Shown here piece after piece: positions 12,600 to 24,114 of a stretch of 64,000 bases of DNA; positions within the stretch are counted from its first letter, which is position 1; the number at the start of each line of letters is the position of its first letter. The DNA is from Candidatus Eiseniibacteriota bacterium (GTDB lineage Bacteria > Eisenbacteria > RBG-16-71-46): positions 608,001 through 672,000 of the forward strand of contig CAVSAC010000010.1 of NCBI GenBank assembly GCA_963725865.1, read 5' to 3'. Made by a program: the position numbers and the translations under genes. Below the pieces are notes generated by a model. The model searched no databases, had not been told where the DNA came from, and was given only the letters and a program-made list of their open reading frames with translations.

Positions 12600-13820
12600 A
12601 TGAGCGCGGCCGATCGCCGGCGCAGGTCGCGCGCCGCGCGCGCGACCGAGCGCTGCAGCCCGTGGCGAATCACCAGCGCGCTGCTCTCGCTCGCGCTGCT
12701 CGCGCTCGCCACGTCCGCGCTCGGCGAGCCGCGCGAGCTGCCCGCGCACGTGGTGTGGACGCAGGCCGACCGCGTCTATCTCGCGAGTCCCGACTCCACG
12801 GCGCTCGCGCGCGGCGCGCGGCTCACGCTCCGGCAGGACGCGCGCGATCTCGCCACCGCCGAGATCACGCAGGTGATCGACGGCACGCTCGCGATCGCAC
12901 GCGTGAGCCAGGGCTCGCTCGCGGGCGTGACCGCGCTCGACCTGCTGCGCGTGCTCGCCGAGGCGCCGCGGCTCGCGCCGCCACCGCTGCTGCGCGTGGG
13001 CGTGCCGGCCGGCGCGCGCGCGAACCTCGCGATCGCGTGCGGCGCAGTCTCGCCCGCGGGCCCGCTCGCGAGCCTCGGCTACCAGGTCGAACCAGCGGGG
13101 GCGGCCGAGTGGCGCGGCGTGCGCACCGCGCCGCCCGACTCGACCGCGCCGTGGCCCGACACCTTGATCGTGCGCGCCTATCGCGTGGCGGCCGACGAGG
13201 AGATCGCGTTCGAGCGCGGCGAGCTGGACGTCGCCGTGTTCTGGCCCGGCGAGCTGTCGGCGCACCTGCGCGAGGACCCGCGCGGGCGCGGCGCACTGCT
13301 CGGCGCCCGCTCGCGCGGCGTGATCGCCGCGCTCCAGCCGGTCGCGAAGACCCCCGCGGACACCATCGGGGCGGACCGGCTCGCTGCGGCGATCCACGCC
13401 GACGGCCCGCTGGCGGCCCTCAACCCTCAGATGTTCGGCGGCGACCTGCTGCCCTGGGCCGACGTGGATTCCATCGGGCGGGCGGCCGAGGCCGCACTGC
13501 TCCACGGCCGGCGCGCTGGCGCCTCCGTCGCGGTGGACCCGGCGCTTCCCGGACAGAGCGTGCTGCAGCGATTCCTCGACCGCGACCTGCCCGCCTCGTT
13601 CCGCGGCGCCCCGCGCGCGGTCCACCTCACCATGCTCGACGAGCCGCTGCAGGCCGACTCGACGCGTCGCGCCACGTGGCGCGCGCACGGCGTCGTGCCG
13701 CTCTATGCGCCGCGCTGCCCGGTGGTGTGCGCATCCGACGTCCGCGCGGTGGTGCAGGCGCTGGGCGCGGAGGCGTTCGCCGACCTGCCCGCGTGCGCGG
13801 CGGCGCGGCGACGGCCATGA
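12600..13820 (+). CDS. Hypothetical exported protein
   Basis: Hydrophobic signal segment; its stop overlaps the kinase start (ATGA). Confidence 0.6.
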   Translation: MSAADRRRRSRAARATERCSPWRITSALLSLALLALATSALGEPRELPAHVVWTQADRVYLASPDSTALARGARLTLRQDARDLATAEITQVIDGTLAIARVSQGSLAGVTALDLLRVLAEAPRLAPPPLLRVGVPAGARANLAIACGAVSPAGPLASLGYQVEPAGAAEWRGVRTAPPDSTAPWPDTLIVRAYRVAADEEIAFERGELDVAVFWPGELSAHLREDPRGRGALLGARSRGVIAALQPVAKTPADTIGADRLAAAIHADGPLAALNPQMFGGDLLPWADVDSIGRAAEAALLHGRRAGASVAVDPALPGQSVLQRFLDRDLPASFRGAPRAVHLTMLDEPLQADSTRRATWRAHGVVPLYAPRCPVVCASDVRAVVQALGAEAFADLPACAAARRRP

Positions 13821-15535
13821 ACTCGCTGCGCTCGCGGCTCATCCTCGGCTTTGCACTGGTCGCCGTCGTCCCGCTCACGATCGCGATGCTGCTGCTCGGC
13901 CAGCGCATCCAGGGCACCGTGCGCGCGCAGGCGGCGGCACGACTCGACGCCTCGCTCGGCCTGCTGCAGGCGCAGCTTGCGGCCGACGGCCAGCGCCTGG
14001 ACGAGAAGCTCGCGCTGCTCGCCGGCGACCCGCAGCTCAAGCGGCTCTACCTGATCGAGACCCCCACCGACCTCGACCTGCGCTCCTACCTCGCCGACCA
14101 GCGGTTCCTGCTCGACCTCGACTTCCTCGGCATCGCCGACACCAGTGGCCGCATCATCGCCGACGGCGCGCTGGCGCCGATCGCGCGCGCCAGCGCCACC
14201 CGCGAACCGCTGGCGCTCAGCGCGCTCGCGCCGGCCGCCGGCGCGGGCCCGCAGGTCGCGCGGCTCGCCGGCGTCGCCGCGCTCGCGCTGGATGTCAGCG
14301 CCCCGATCCTCTACCGCGGCGAGCGCGTTGGCGTGGTGCGCGGCGGCGTGGCGCTGGACTCCACCGTGCTCGCGCGCCTCAAGCAGACCACCGGCGTCGA
14401 CCTGGTACTGCGCGACGCGGGCGGGCAACTGGTGGCGAGCACGCTCGCGGACGGCGCCGCGCTCGCGGTGCCGCCCGGCGACGCGGCGGTGCGCGTGACG
14501 ATCGGCGGGCGCTCGTGGCTCGCGCGGCGCGTGGCGCTGGCGATCGGACCCGCGCCGCACGCCGAGATCCTCGGACTGTCCTCGACCGCGGCGGCCGACG
14601 AGGCGGTGGCGGCGCTGCGCACCACCTCGCTGCTGCTGGGGCTGCTCGCGGTCGCGGTCGCGATCGCGCTGGGCCTGGTGTGGTCGCACCAGGTCTCGCG
14701 CCCGGTCGAGCGGCTGGCGCGCTTCTCGGAGCGCATTTCGCGCGGCGAGTGGGACGAGCCGCTCTCGCTCGCGAGCGTGAACGAGCTGCAGACGCTGGTC
14801 GCCTCGCTCGAGCGCATGCGCACCGACCTGCGCGCCTACCGCGAGCGGCTCACCGCGAGCGAGCGCCAGGCGGCGTACGGGCAGATGGCGCGCAAGGTCG
14901 CGCACGAGATCAAGAACCCGCTCACGCCGATCGCGATCTCGGTCGCCGACCTCAAGCGTTCGTACGACCAGCAGCGGCCCGACTTCCCCGCGATCCTCGA
15001 GCAGGCGGTGCGCACCATCGGCGAGGAGGTCGAGGCGCTCAAGCGCCTGCTGCAGGAGTTCTCGGAGTTCGGCCGCTTCCCGAGCCCGCGGCTGGCGCCG
15101 TGCGACGTGGCCGCGCTGCTCGCGGACCTCGGCACGCTGTACGGCCACCAGGTGGCCGCCGGCCGGCTCGCGATCGAGCGCGCGAGCGGCGCCGACACAC
15201 TGCTCGCCGACCGCGACCAGCTGCGGCAGGTGCTCGTGAACCTGGTGCAGAACGGCCTCGACGCCGCCGGCGACGCGGGCCGCGTCACGGTGCGGGCGCG
15301 TCGCGACGGCGCGGCACTCGAGCTGGCCGTCGCCGACACCGGAGCCGGCCTGAGCGCCGAGCAGCGCGCGCAGTTGTTCGTGCCCGGCTTCACCACCAAG
15401 GCGCACGGCAGCGGACTCGGGCTCACGATCGTGGAGCGGATCGTGAGCGAGCACCGCGGCACCGTGCACGTCGAGTCCGCGCCCGGGCGCGGCACCACGT
15501 TCCTGATCCGACTGCCCATCGAGCGCGAGGGCTGA
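13817..15535 (+). CDS. HAMP-domain sensor histidine kinase (NtrY-like)
   Basis: Two TMs, HAMP, H-box VAHEIKNPLTP, N-box NLVQNG, G-boxes DTGAG and GSGLGL. Confidence 0.93.
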   Translation: MNSLRSRLILGFALVAVVPLTIAMLLLGQRIQGTVRAQAAARLDASLGLLQAQLAADGQRLDEKLALLAGDPQLKRLYLIETPTDLDLRSYLADQRFLLDLDFLGIADTSGRIIADGALAPIARASATREPLALSALAPAAGAGPQVARLAGVAALALDVSAPILYRGERVGVVRGGVALDSTVLARLKQTTGVDLVLRDAGGQLVASTLADGAALAVPPGDAAVRVTIGGRSWLARRVALAIGPAPHAEILGLSSTAAADEAVAALRTTSLLLGLLAVAVAIALGLVWSHQVSRPVERLARFSERISRGEWDEPLSLASVNELQTLVASLERMRTDLRAYRERLTASERQAAYGQMARKVAHEIKNPLTPIAISVADLKRSYDQQRPDFPAILEQAVRTIGEEVEALKRLLQEFSEFGRFPSPRLAPCDVAALLADLGTLYGHQVAAGRLAIERASGADTLLADRDQLRQVLVNLVQNGLDAAGDAGRVTVRARRDGAALELAVADTGAGLSAEQRAQLFVPGFTTKAHGSGLGLTIVERIVSEHRGTVHVESAPGRGTTFLIRLPIEREG

Positions 15536-15536
15536 C

Positions 15537-16886
<1,350 letters not shown>

Positions 16887-16904
16887 GCGCCGGCGCCGCG
16901 GCGC

Positions 16905-17111
16905 TCAGTCGCGCCGACGACGCGACGCCAGGCTCAGCAGCATGCAGCCGATCGCCACGCCATACAGCAGCCCCGACGCCGCGTCGAGCGCATCCGTCGG
17001 CAGCTTCGCGCCCAGTCGCGGCAGCCAGCGCGACAGGCTGGCGAGGATCAGGAACGACAGCCCCACGCGCATCCGGATCGTGGGGTCCTTCAGCCTGGCT
17101 CGGACGCTCAT
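16905..17111 (-). CDS. Small membrane protein
   Basis: MSVRARLKDP start, two hydrophobic segments, GAGAGGA RBS. Confidence 0.55.
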   Translation of the reverse strand: MSVRARLKDPTIRMRVGLSFLILASLSRWLPRLGAKLPTDALDAASGLLYGVAIGCMLLSLASRRRRD

Positions 17112-17131
17112 GCGGATCCTCCTCTCGGGGT

Positions 17132-17347
17132 TCAATCGGTCAGGACGTACCACGCCATCAGCGAGAGCTTGACCGCGACGAACACGACGGCGATCGCGAG
17201 CAGATCCCAGCTCCAGACGTGGTCGACGACGTGGCGGTACTCGAACAGGACGATCGCCAGCACGCCGCTGGCGATGCCCGCGACGCTCGAGGACCGGCGT
17301 CGGTGGTCGAGGAAGCGTTCGTCGACCAGCTTGCTCAGGAAACTCAT
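17132..17347 (-). CDS. Small two-TM membrane protein
   Basis: DER motif followed by two TMs; overlaps the HTH gene. Confidence 0.65.
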   Translation of the reverse strand: MSFLSKLVDERFLDHRRRSSSVAGIASGVLAIVLFEYRHVVDHVWSWDLLAIAVVFVAVKLSLMAWYVLTD

Positions 17348-17553
17348 GATCTGCGCTCCAGTTTGAAGATCTCGTCGGTGGAGCAGGCGAACACCCGTGC
17401 GAACGCCAGCGCCAACTCGAGGCTCGGGACGTAGCGGTCACGCTCGATCGAGTTGATGCTCTGGCGCGACACGTGGACCGCGTCCGCCAGTTGCTGCTGC
17501 GTCCAGCCCCGATCGAGGCGCAGCTCCTTGACCCGGTTCCGTATCGTCGCCAT
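17344..17553 (-). CDS. XRE-family HTH transcriptional regulator
   Basis: IRNRVKELR...WTQQQLADAVHVSRQSINSIE...PSLELA. Confidence 0.9.
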   Translation of the reverse strand: MATIRNRVKELRLDRGWTQQQLADAVHVSRQSINSIERDRYVPSLELALAFARVFACSTDEIFKLERRS

Positions 17554-17689
17554 GACAAGCTTACTTTCCATCAAGGAGACGGGCGTGTCAAGCCAACTTG
17601 TCACGCAGATCGGCGGCGTGGATGGCCGAAGCGGGCCGCGGCGTCGGTCCGCGCGCGACGATCCAACCGCGAGTCGACGCGCGGTCTCC

Positions 17690-17724
17690 CCCTGTCACCC
17701 TGTGACGTGACAGAGGTGACAGGG
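17690..17724. promoter_or_regulatory. Inverted repeat with TGTCA/TGACA motifs, candidate enhancer or operator
   Basis: CCCTGTCACC (17690-17699) pairs with GGTGACAGGG (17715-17724); about 70 bp upstream of a sigma54 motif. Confidence 0.4.
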
Positions 17725-17793
17725 TAACGATCCACCTCCCGCCGTCACGCTGAACTCGGGCCCATTGGCGCGGCAATCGCGTTGGTGCCCGCG

Positions 17794-17808
17794 TGGCACG
17801 CGCGATGC
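17794..17808 (+). promoter_or_regulatory. Sigma54 (-24/-12) promoter
   Basis: TGGCACGCGCGATGC fits TGGCAC-N7-GC (GG-N10-GC spacing); about 80 bp before the ATG at 17887. Confidence 0.6.
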
Positions 17809-17886
17809 TGTGACCTGCTGTAAGTCTCCTTCCTCCCCTCGACTTCACCCGACCGGGAGGGCCGCCACGAGCGGCGAGGAGGCCAC

Positions 17887-18918
17887 ATGCGAGCTGCGGT
17901 ACTCGTGTACGGGTTGGTGATCCTGTTGAGCAGCGCGACGGCCGGGGCCGCCGGTGACCGATCGAACCCGATCGACAATGTGAGGCAGGCCGTCGCGCTG
18001 AAGGCAGGCATCGTCGCGAGCGGGAACGACCTGCACTTCCGCTGCGGATGCGCGTGCCCAGTGATTGCGTTCGACTCAACCGCCGAGCCGACGTCCCCGA
18101 TACCCGCTCCCCCGAGCGCGGATCCGGTTGGAGCCGTGCGGGCGCTGGTGGGGGCGTTCGGCCGGCGGTCGGAGCCCGCGTACGCCGGCCTCATGACCGA
18201 CGACTTCCTCTTCGGCTCCGACGACCCCGCGTTCCAGACCAGCTTCCCCAGCGGCATGTCGCGCGAGGCGGAGCGCGCGTTCGCCACCCATTTGTTCGAG
18301 GGCGGCGGGAAGGCGCCGGATGGCCACGCGCTACCGATCGCCGCGCGTGTCGACACCTCGATGGGAGCCATCACCCTGATTCCGCTGGGCGCCGATCTCG
18401 CGCAGGCGCGGGTGGTCCTGCACGACCTGAGGGTGCTCGTCACGTTCGTCGACCGCACCACACTCGACCTCGGCGGCACGCAGAACGTGATGGACCTGGT
18501 GCTCACCGAGTCCGGGTGGCGCATCCGGCGCTGGCTCGAGCTCCACGCCACGGCCGCGGTCGCCGACTCGCTCGCGCAAAGCCTCGGGCAGGCGACCCCG
18601 AACCGCGTTCCGCCGCGCGGACCGCTGCGCCCCGGCGACGCGCCGGACGCCGCGCTGCCCACCCGGCTGGCGCTGGCGGTGCGTGGCGACCGCACGAGCG
18701 ATGCGCTGGTGTTCGCGGTCGAGCTGCCGAAGCCGGGTGGCGCGTTGGAGCTGTTCGACCTGCAGGGCCGCCGCCTGATGCGGCGCGACTTGACGGCCCT
18801 CGGCGCCGGCCGCCACACCGTGGCGCTGGAAGGCGCGCAGTGCCCCGCGGGCATCTACTGGGCGCGCCTACGTCAGGCCGGAGAATCCGCCACGGCGAAG
18901 GCGGTGTGGGTGCGCTGA
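17887..18918 (+). CDS. Secreted protein with NTF2-like central region and FlgD/T9SS-like C-terminal domain
   Basis: Signal peptide; C-terminal LELFDLQGRRL...PAGIYWARL. Confidence 0.7.
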   Translation: MRAAVLVYGLVILLSSATAGAAGDRSNPIDNVRQAVALKAGIVASGNDLHFRCGCACPVIAFDSTAEPTSPIPAPPSADPVGAVRALVGAFGRRSEPAYAGLMTDDFLFGSDDPAFQTSFPSGMSREAERAFATHLFEGGGKAPDGHALPIAARVDTSMGAITLIPLGADLAQARVVLHDLRVLVTFVDRTTLDLGGTQNVMDLVLTESGWRIRRWLELHATAAVADSLAQSLGQATPNRVPPRGPLRPGDAPDAALPTRLALAVRGDRTSDALVFAVELPKPGGALELFDLQGRRLMRRDLTALGAGRHTVALEGAQCPAGIYWARLRQAGESATAKAVWVR

Positions 18919-18996
18919 GCCAGGCAGACCCGCGCGACCCGCAGTGCGGGCCGCGGGACGTCGCTCCATGGGGAACGGCGCCCCTCCCTGGTTCGC

Positions 18997-19812
18997 TCAT
19001 CGCTTGCGCGCGATGATCTCCAGCACGGTCGGTGTAGTGAGGAACGCGCCCGGCGTGATCTCGGTGGTGTCGAACGCCTGCTTCATCAGCTCGGCGCGCT
19101 CGCGGTCCACGCGCCCGAGGTCGACCAGCCGCTCGAGCCCGGTGTCGACGAACGCTTTCGGCCATTGCCACACGAAGTCGCCCGGCCGCGCGACCTCGAT
19201 GATGGGTTCCATGCGCACGATCTCGAAGTCGAGCGCTTCGAGCCAGCGCGGCAGGTCGAGCGCGATGTCGGGCTCGCCGCCGCTCGCGCGCCACGACGCC
19301 ATCACCTCGCCCACGAACTCCTCGAACACCTCGCTGCGCGGCGACAGGCGCCATGCGCGGTAGTCCACGTACTCGTGCAGCACCATCGTGCCGCCCGGCC
19401 GCAACGCGGCTGCGACGCGCTCCAGCAACTGGCGCGGCTCGCGCACGAACGCGTACACCCAGCGCGACCACGCGCCGTCGGCGTGCAGGGCGGGCAGCGG
19501 CTGCTCGTCGAGGTCCAACTCGCGCACGTCGAGGTTCGCGAGCCCGCGCGTGCGCGCCGCCGCCTCGAGCGCGTCGAGGAAGCGCCGCGAGCGGTCGACC
19601 GCCACCACGCGCCCCGCCGGGCCCACGATCTCGGCCAGGTCGAGCGCCGCGTAGCCCGGCCCGCAGCCCACGTCGAGCAACGTCTGCCCAACCGTGAAGC
19701 CCGCGCGTCGCCACGCCATGCTCGCGCGCGGGCGCCACACTCGATGCTGGAGCCCCAGGCGCTCGAGCTCGGCGTCGTGGGTGCCGAGGACGTATTCGCG
19801 TTCGGTGGACAT
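18997..19812 (-). CDS. Class I SAM-dependent methyltransferase
   Basis: LLDVGCGPG motif; N-terminal YVLG..ELERL. Confidence 0.9.
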   Translation of the reverse strand: MSTEREYVLGTHDAELERLGLQHRVWRPRASMAWRRAGFTVGQTLLDVGCGPGYAALDLAEIVGPAGRVVAVDRSRRFLDALEAAARTRGLANLDVRELDLDEQPLPALHADGAWSRWVYAFVREPRQLLERVAAALRPGGTMVLHEYVDYRAWRLSPRSEVFEEFVGEVMASWRASGGEPDIALDLPRWLEALDFEIVRMEPIIEVARPGDFVWQWPKAFVDTGLERLVDLGRVDRERAELMKQAFDTTEITPGAFLTTPTVLEIIARKR

Positions 19813-20051
19813 TCGACCTCCGGGTCATGAGGATCCGCGCTGCGGGTGAATGACGCGAGGCTAGCATCCCGGCGGCACCGGGACCGGTCGATTCCGGAAG
19901 TGGAATGCGGGCCGCCGGCGCCCCGCGGATCGACTCGCGCCGCGGAGCATCCAAGGCCGAGTGGCGCGGCGGCCCGGCGAGGTTGCGCGGCATTCCGAGG
20001 GCAGTGCCGATCCGGCCCCACGTGACCCCGAACATCAGATGAGGAGGCGGT

Positions 20052-20961
20052 ATGTCGATTCGGCCGGTGAAGAGGATCGTCGAGGCGCAGCCGACCGTGG
20101 AGGGCGCGGGCGTGAAGCTGCGCCGCGCGTTCGGATTCGGTGACACCGACGAGACCGATCCGTTCCTGTTGTTCGACGACTTCCGCAACGAACGACCGGC
20201 CGACTACCTGGCCGGCTTCCCGTGGCACCCGCACCGCGGCATCGAGACCATCACGTACGTGCTGTCGGGCACGGTGTCGCACGGCGACAGCCTCGGCAAC
20301 TCGGGCACGCTCGGCAGCGGCGACGTGCAATGGATGACCGCCGGCAGCGGCATCCTGCACCAGGAGATGCCGAAGGGCGACCCGAATGGACGCATGCACG
20401 GTTTCCAGCTCTGGGCGAATCTGCCCTCGTCGCTCAAGATGACGACGCCGCGCTACCAGGACGTGCCCGGCGGCGCGATCCCCGAGGTGACCGATGACGA
20501 CGGCACGCGCGTGCGCGTCGTGTGCGGGGAGCTTCTGGGGCAAGCGCGGCCCGGTCGACGGCATCGCCGCCGATCCGCGCTACCTCGACGTGTGGGTGCC
20601 GCCCGGCCAGCGCAAGACGCTGCCGGTCGAGACCGACCGCAGCGGGTTCGCGTACGTGTTCGAGGGCGACGGCACTTTCCGGGACGCGAGCCAGCCGCGC
20701 GGCGTGCTGACCGAGAAGGACGGCCCGGTCGAGACCCTGGAACGCGAGCGCACCGGCAACCGCTCGCTGGTGCTGTTCGACCGCGGCGACGAGGTGACCG
20801 TGCAGGCCGGCGAGCAGGGCATCCGCTTCCTGCTCGTCTCGGGCAAGCCGATCGAGGAGCCGGTCGCCTGGTACGGCCCGATCGTGATGAACACGAACGA
20901 CGAGCTGCGCACCGCGATGGCCGAGCTGCGCGAGGGGACGTTCATCAAGCACGGGAAGTGA
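20052..20961 (+). CDS. Pirin family protein (apparent +1 frameshift near 20530)
   Basis: DPFLLFD, HPHRGIET, MTAGSGILHQE and QLWAN in the first frame; EPVAWYGPIVMN in the second. Confidence 0.92.
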
Positions 20962-21129
20962 CGCGCGGGGCGGTGCGAAGGCGGGGCGCGACGGGCGGGC
21001 GTGAGAGCGGGTGAGGAACCCCCTGCGCACGCGTCGTGCCCGCGGGGCACGCAACCGGTACTCTCGCGCTTGCTCGTTCGACCGTAGCGGTCGATCGTGG
21101 CGCGGCGTGCCCACCCCGGAGCGTCATCC

Positions 21130-21822
21130 ATGTCCTCCCCTGACTCATCGCCCCTGCTCCGCCATGCTTCCGCCACGACATCCGGTCGCTACCTGGTCCG
21201 TCCGCCGCGGGCCGGAGCGGCGAAGCATCACATGATCGGCTTCCACGGCTACGCGCAGACCGCCGAGGCGGTGCTCGATGTGTTCGCCCGCTCGGTGCCG
21301 GGTGACGACTGGCTCGTGGTGTCGGTGCAGGCGCTGCACCTCTTCTATGTCGGACGCGGCACCGAAGTGGTGGCGAGCTGGATGACGCGCCTCGACCGCG
21401 AGCTGGCGATCGCAAGCAATGTGGCGTACGTGGACGCGGTGGTGGAGCAGCTCGATCGCGAGTTCGGCACGCCGCGCGCCCGCGTGCTCGCGGGGTTCTC
21501 GCAGGGCGTCGGCATGGCGTACCGCGCCGGCGCCCTGGGCCGGCATCGCTGCGATGCCATCGTGGCGGTCGGCGGTGACGTGCCGCCCGAGCTGGCCGCT
21601 TCGCCCCCGCGCCCGTGGCCCACCGTGCTGGCGATGACCGGTCAGACCGACGCCTACTTCACGCCCGAGAAGCTCGCGCGGGACGTCGAGCGGTTACGCG
21701 CGCACGGCGGGGATGTGCGCTCCCGGGTGCTGGCCGGTGGCCACGAATGGTCCGCCGAGGCGTGCGACGCCGCCGCGGCCCTGCTGGGTGAGGTGGGCGC
21801 GCGCCCGCCGGCCACCGACTGA
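21130..21822 (+). CDS. Alpha/beta hydrolase (phospholipase/carboxylesterase family)
   Basis: FHGY, GFSQG, Asp (TD) and GGHEW form the catalytic triad. Confidence 0.85.
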   Translation: MSSPDSSPLLRHASATTSGRYLVRPPRAGAAKHHMIGFHGYAQTAEAVLDVFARSVPGDDWLVVSVQALHLFYVGRGTEVVASWMTRLDRELAIASNVAYVDAVVEQLDREFGTPRARVLAGFSQGVGMAYRAGALGRHRCDAIVAVGGDVPPELAASPPRPWPTVLAMTGQTDAYFTPEKLARDVERLRAHGGDVRSRVLAGGHEWSAEACDAAAALLGEVGARPPATD

Positions 21823-21896
21823 ATCCATCGACTCCTGTCGCATCGCGGCGCTACCATCGGGGTGTCATCGACCCGCCCATCACCACGAGGTGCACC

Positions 21897-22610
21897 ATGC
21901 TCCGTCATCGAACCCTCCTCGTGTCCACGCTCGCGCTGCTTGCCGCGCTCGGTGCCGCTCCGCGCGGTGCCTCGGCGTACGGCTACCTCAACTCCTACGC
22001 CGCGTGCTCCGACAGCACGGTGGTCGTGTTCCAGTGGACCTTCCACGACGATCCGGCGGCCCCGGCGCAGGCCGCGTGGGTGGGCTTCGACGTCGTGCGG
22101 CGCACGGTGGGCGACTGCAGCCCGTACGTGCGCGTGAACGACCAGCCGTTCCTTCGCACGCCGGGAGCCACCGAGGTCTTCGAGTTCGTCGAGCCGACGC
22201 CGGTCGGACGCGCGCTGCTCGAGTACCACGTGGTGCCGGTCGACGCGGCGCGTCAGCCGATCACGCCGGGGCCGGTCGAGTGCGATGGCTGCGCAGTGCC
22301 CGCCTACGTCACGTGCCCGGCCGCGACCGCGCCGCTCACGCAGGGCACGGTGACCGACCTGGGCTGGGCGGTGATGGTCATGCCGTGCGCCGGCAGCTGC
22401 TACACGAGCTTCTACGTGAGCCACCCGGACGACGCGCTGCTGCGCCCGTACGCGGGGACGAGCACGGTCGTGCGCCTGTTCGGCACGCCCGCCTGCGGCA
22501 CGCTCGAGGGCTGCACGCTGGCGCTCGATCACTTCGACCTCGCGCCCTGCGACGTCGTCGTGCCCACGCTCCCGTCGACCTGGGGGCGGCTGAAGACGCG
22601 CTACCGATGA
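21897..22610 (+). CDS. Secreted Cys-rich hypothetical protein ending in TWGRLKTRYR
   Basis: Signal peptide, many Cys residues, terminal motif. Confidence 0.75.
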   Translation: MLRHRTLLVSTLALLAALGAAPRGASAYGYLNSYAACSDSTVVVFQWTFHDDPAAPAQAAWVGFDVVRRTVGDCSPYVRVNDQPFLRTPGATEVFEFVEPTPVGRALLEYHVVPVDAARQPITPGPVECDGCAVPAYVTCPAATAPLTQGTVTDLGWAVMVMPCAGSCYTSFYVSHPDDALLRPYAGTSTVVRLFGTPACGTLEGCTLALDHFDLAPCDVVVPTLPSTWGRLKTRYR

Positions 22611-22662
22611 CGACGGGGCGCCGTCCCTCGTGGCGCGGCGCCCCAGTCGGCAACGACTTCGG

Positions 22663-24042
22663 TCAGGGCGAGGTCGAGGTCACCGCGGCCGGCACCAGAT
22701 CGACATCGTCGATCGTGTCCAGACGGAGCAGGTCCTGGTGGAGCGGCTGCCAGCCGCCGGCGAGTGCCCCGAACGCGAGATCCTCGGCGGACGGAAGCTC
22801 CTCGAGCATCACGAATGCGGCACCGGCGATGAACCGTGCGACCACCTGCCGGTGATCGCTCGACTGCCGCGCGCTGGTGCGCTTGGCGTCGAGCACCTGC
22901 GCGAGTGTGGTGCCCTCGCCGACCACCGCCTTCCACTTGGTCTCGATCCGCTTCGCGCGTTCGGGATCGCCGGCGCGCGTCTCCTCCGAGACGAGGGAGT
23001 AGGTGTCGGAGCTGCCTTCGGGCGAGTACGCCGTCCACACCACACGCGCCTTCATCGTGCGGGTGTCGTGCCGACGGGCGAGCGTGGCGCCGCCCCGCGT
23101 CTCGATCACCTCGTACTCGTAGTCGACATCCACCGTGCGGGTCCGGGCGATCACCTCGATCGGAACCTCGACCCAGCGGGTGGTGGTGCCCCCGGTCGCG
23201 TCCCGTACGGTGATGCGGTGGGCGACCCGATCCGAGAAGAACTGGACGCCGGACTTGGAATTCACGTCGCCGATCGAGCCCCAGACGATGCGACGGGCGC
23301 CGGCCTTGCGGCCGAGCCGCACGGCCTCGTCGCGGGTGAGCCGGCCCAGGTCGGAGACGCTCATCGCGCGTTCGACGTCCTCGGTGGGCAGGACGCGGGT
23401 GAAGTACGCGTTGGGCGGCGACAGGTGCTCGACGACGTCGCCGCGCCACGAGGCGGCGACATCGCGGCCCATCGCCGTGCCGCGGGACTCCGAGCGCAGC
23501 GGCATGATGGCGACCCGGGTGATCGCCTGCTCCAGTGCGCGGTCGGCCAGCGCGGCGGCGTCGCGATAGCCGGTCCAGAACCGCTCGGCCTCCACCAGGT
23601 GGTGGTAGGCCGCCTTCGGTCGCTTCGACTTGAGGTCGTCCGCGCCGCTGCGGTAGTTCGCCTGGGCGGCCCCCTGTCGCAACGTGCGCTCCGTGCGGGT
23701 CCAGTCGTCGTCCACCCGCACCGTGACGTAGCGCGCCGCGTCGGTGCGGAACGCCACGAACTCCATCACCTGCTCGGCGGCGGCGAGCGAGTCGGCGCCG
23801 GCGAGGGCGACGATGCGGCGGCGCCAGTCGGTCGCGATGGCCGACGCCGCGGCGTCGGCGGCCGCGCGGGCCCGCTGGTTGCCGGGCGCCTTGTCGAGCG
23901 CCTGGGTGGCCAGCGTCCACGCCCGCCAGGACTGACCCTGGGCGAGCTTGTCCTCGCTGCGCTCCGCGAGCTTGGCCGGTCCGGCGCAGCCGGCGACCAG
24001 CGTGAGTGCGAGCAGCAGGGACGGCATGAGCGTGCGGGGCAT
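22663..24042 (-). CDS. Hypothetical lipoprotein (helical, TPR-like N-half)
   Basis: Lipobox LVAGC followed by helical repeats and an RVAIMP segment. Confidence 0.7.
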   Translation of the reverse strand: MPRTLMPSLLLALTLVAGCAGPAKLAERSEDKLAQGQSWRAWTLATQALDKAPGNQRARAAADAAASAIATDWRRRIVALAGADSLAAAEQVMEFVAFRTDAARYVTVRVDDDWTRTERTLRQGAAQANYRSGADDLKSKRPKAAYHHLVEAERFWTGYRDAAALADRALEQAITRVAIMPLRSESRGTAMGRDVAASWRGDVVEHLSPPNAYFTRVLPTEDVERAMSVSDLGRLTRDEAVRLGRKAGARRIVWGSIGDVNSKSGVQFFSDRVAHRITVRDATGGTTTRWVEVPIEVIARTRTVDVDYEYEVIETRGGATLARRHDTRTMKARVVWTAYSPEGSSDTYSLVSEETRAGDPERAKRIETKWKAVVGEGTTLAQVLDAKRTSARQSSDHRQVVARFIAGAAFVMLEELPSAEDLAFGALAGGWQPLHQDLLRLDTIDDVDLVPAAVTSTSP

Positions 24043-24114
24043 GGTGGGCCCTCCTCCCACCGCGTCATCGGCACTCGCGGGACCGGCCTTCAGAGGCATG
24101 TGGTGGTCTCGCGG

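Noticed and set aside
20520..20540. Programmed frameshift or phase variation in pirin and the other split genes
   Set aside because: No slippery heptamers or long homopolymers; the uniform +1 pattern fits sequencing error.
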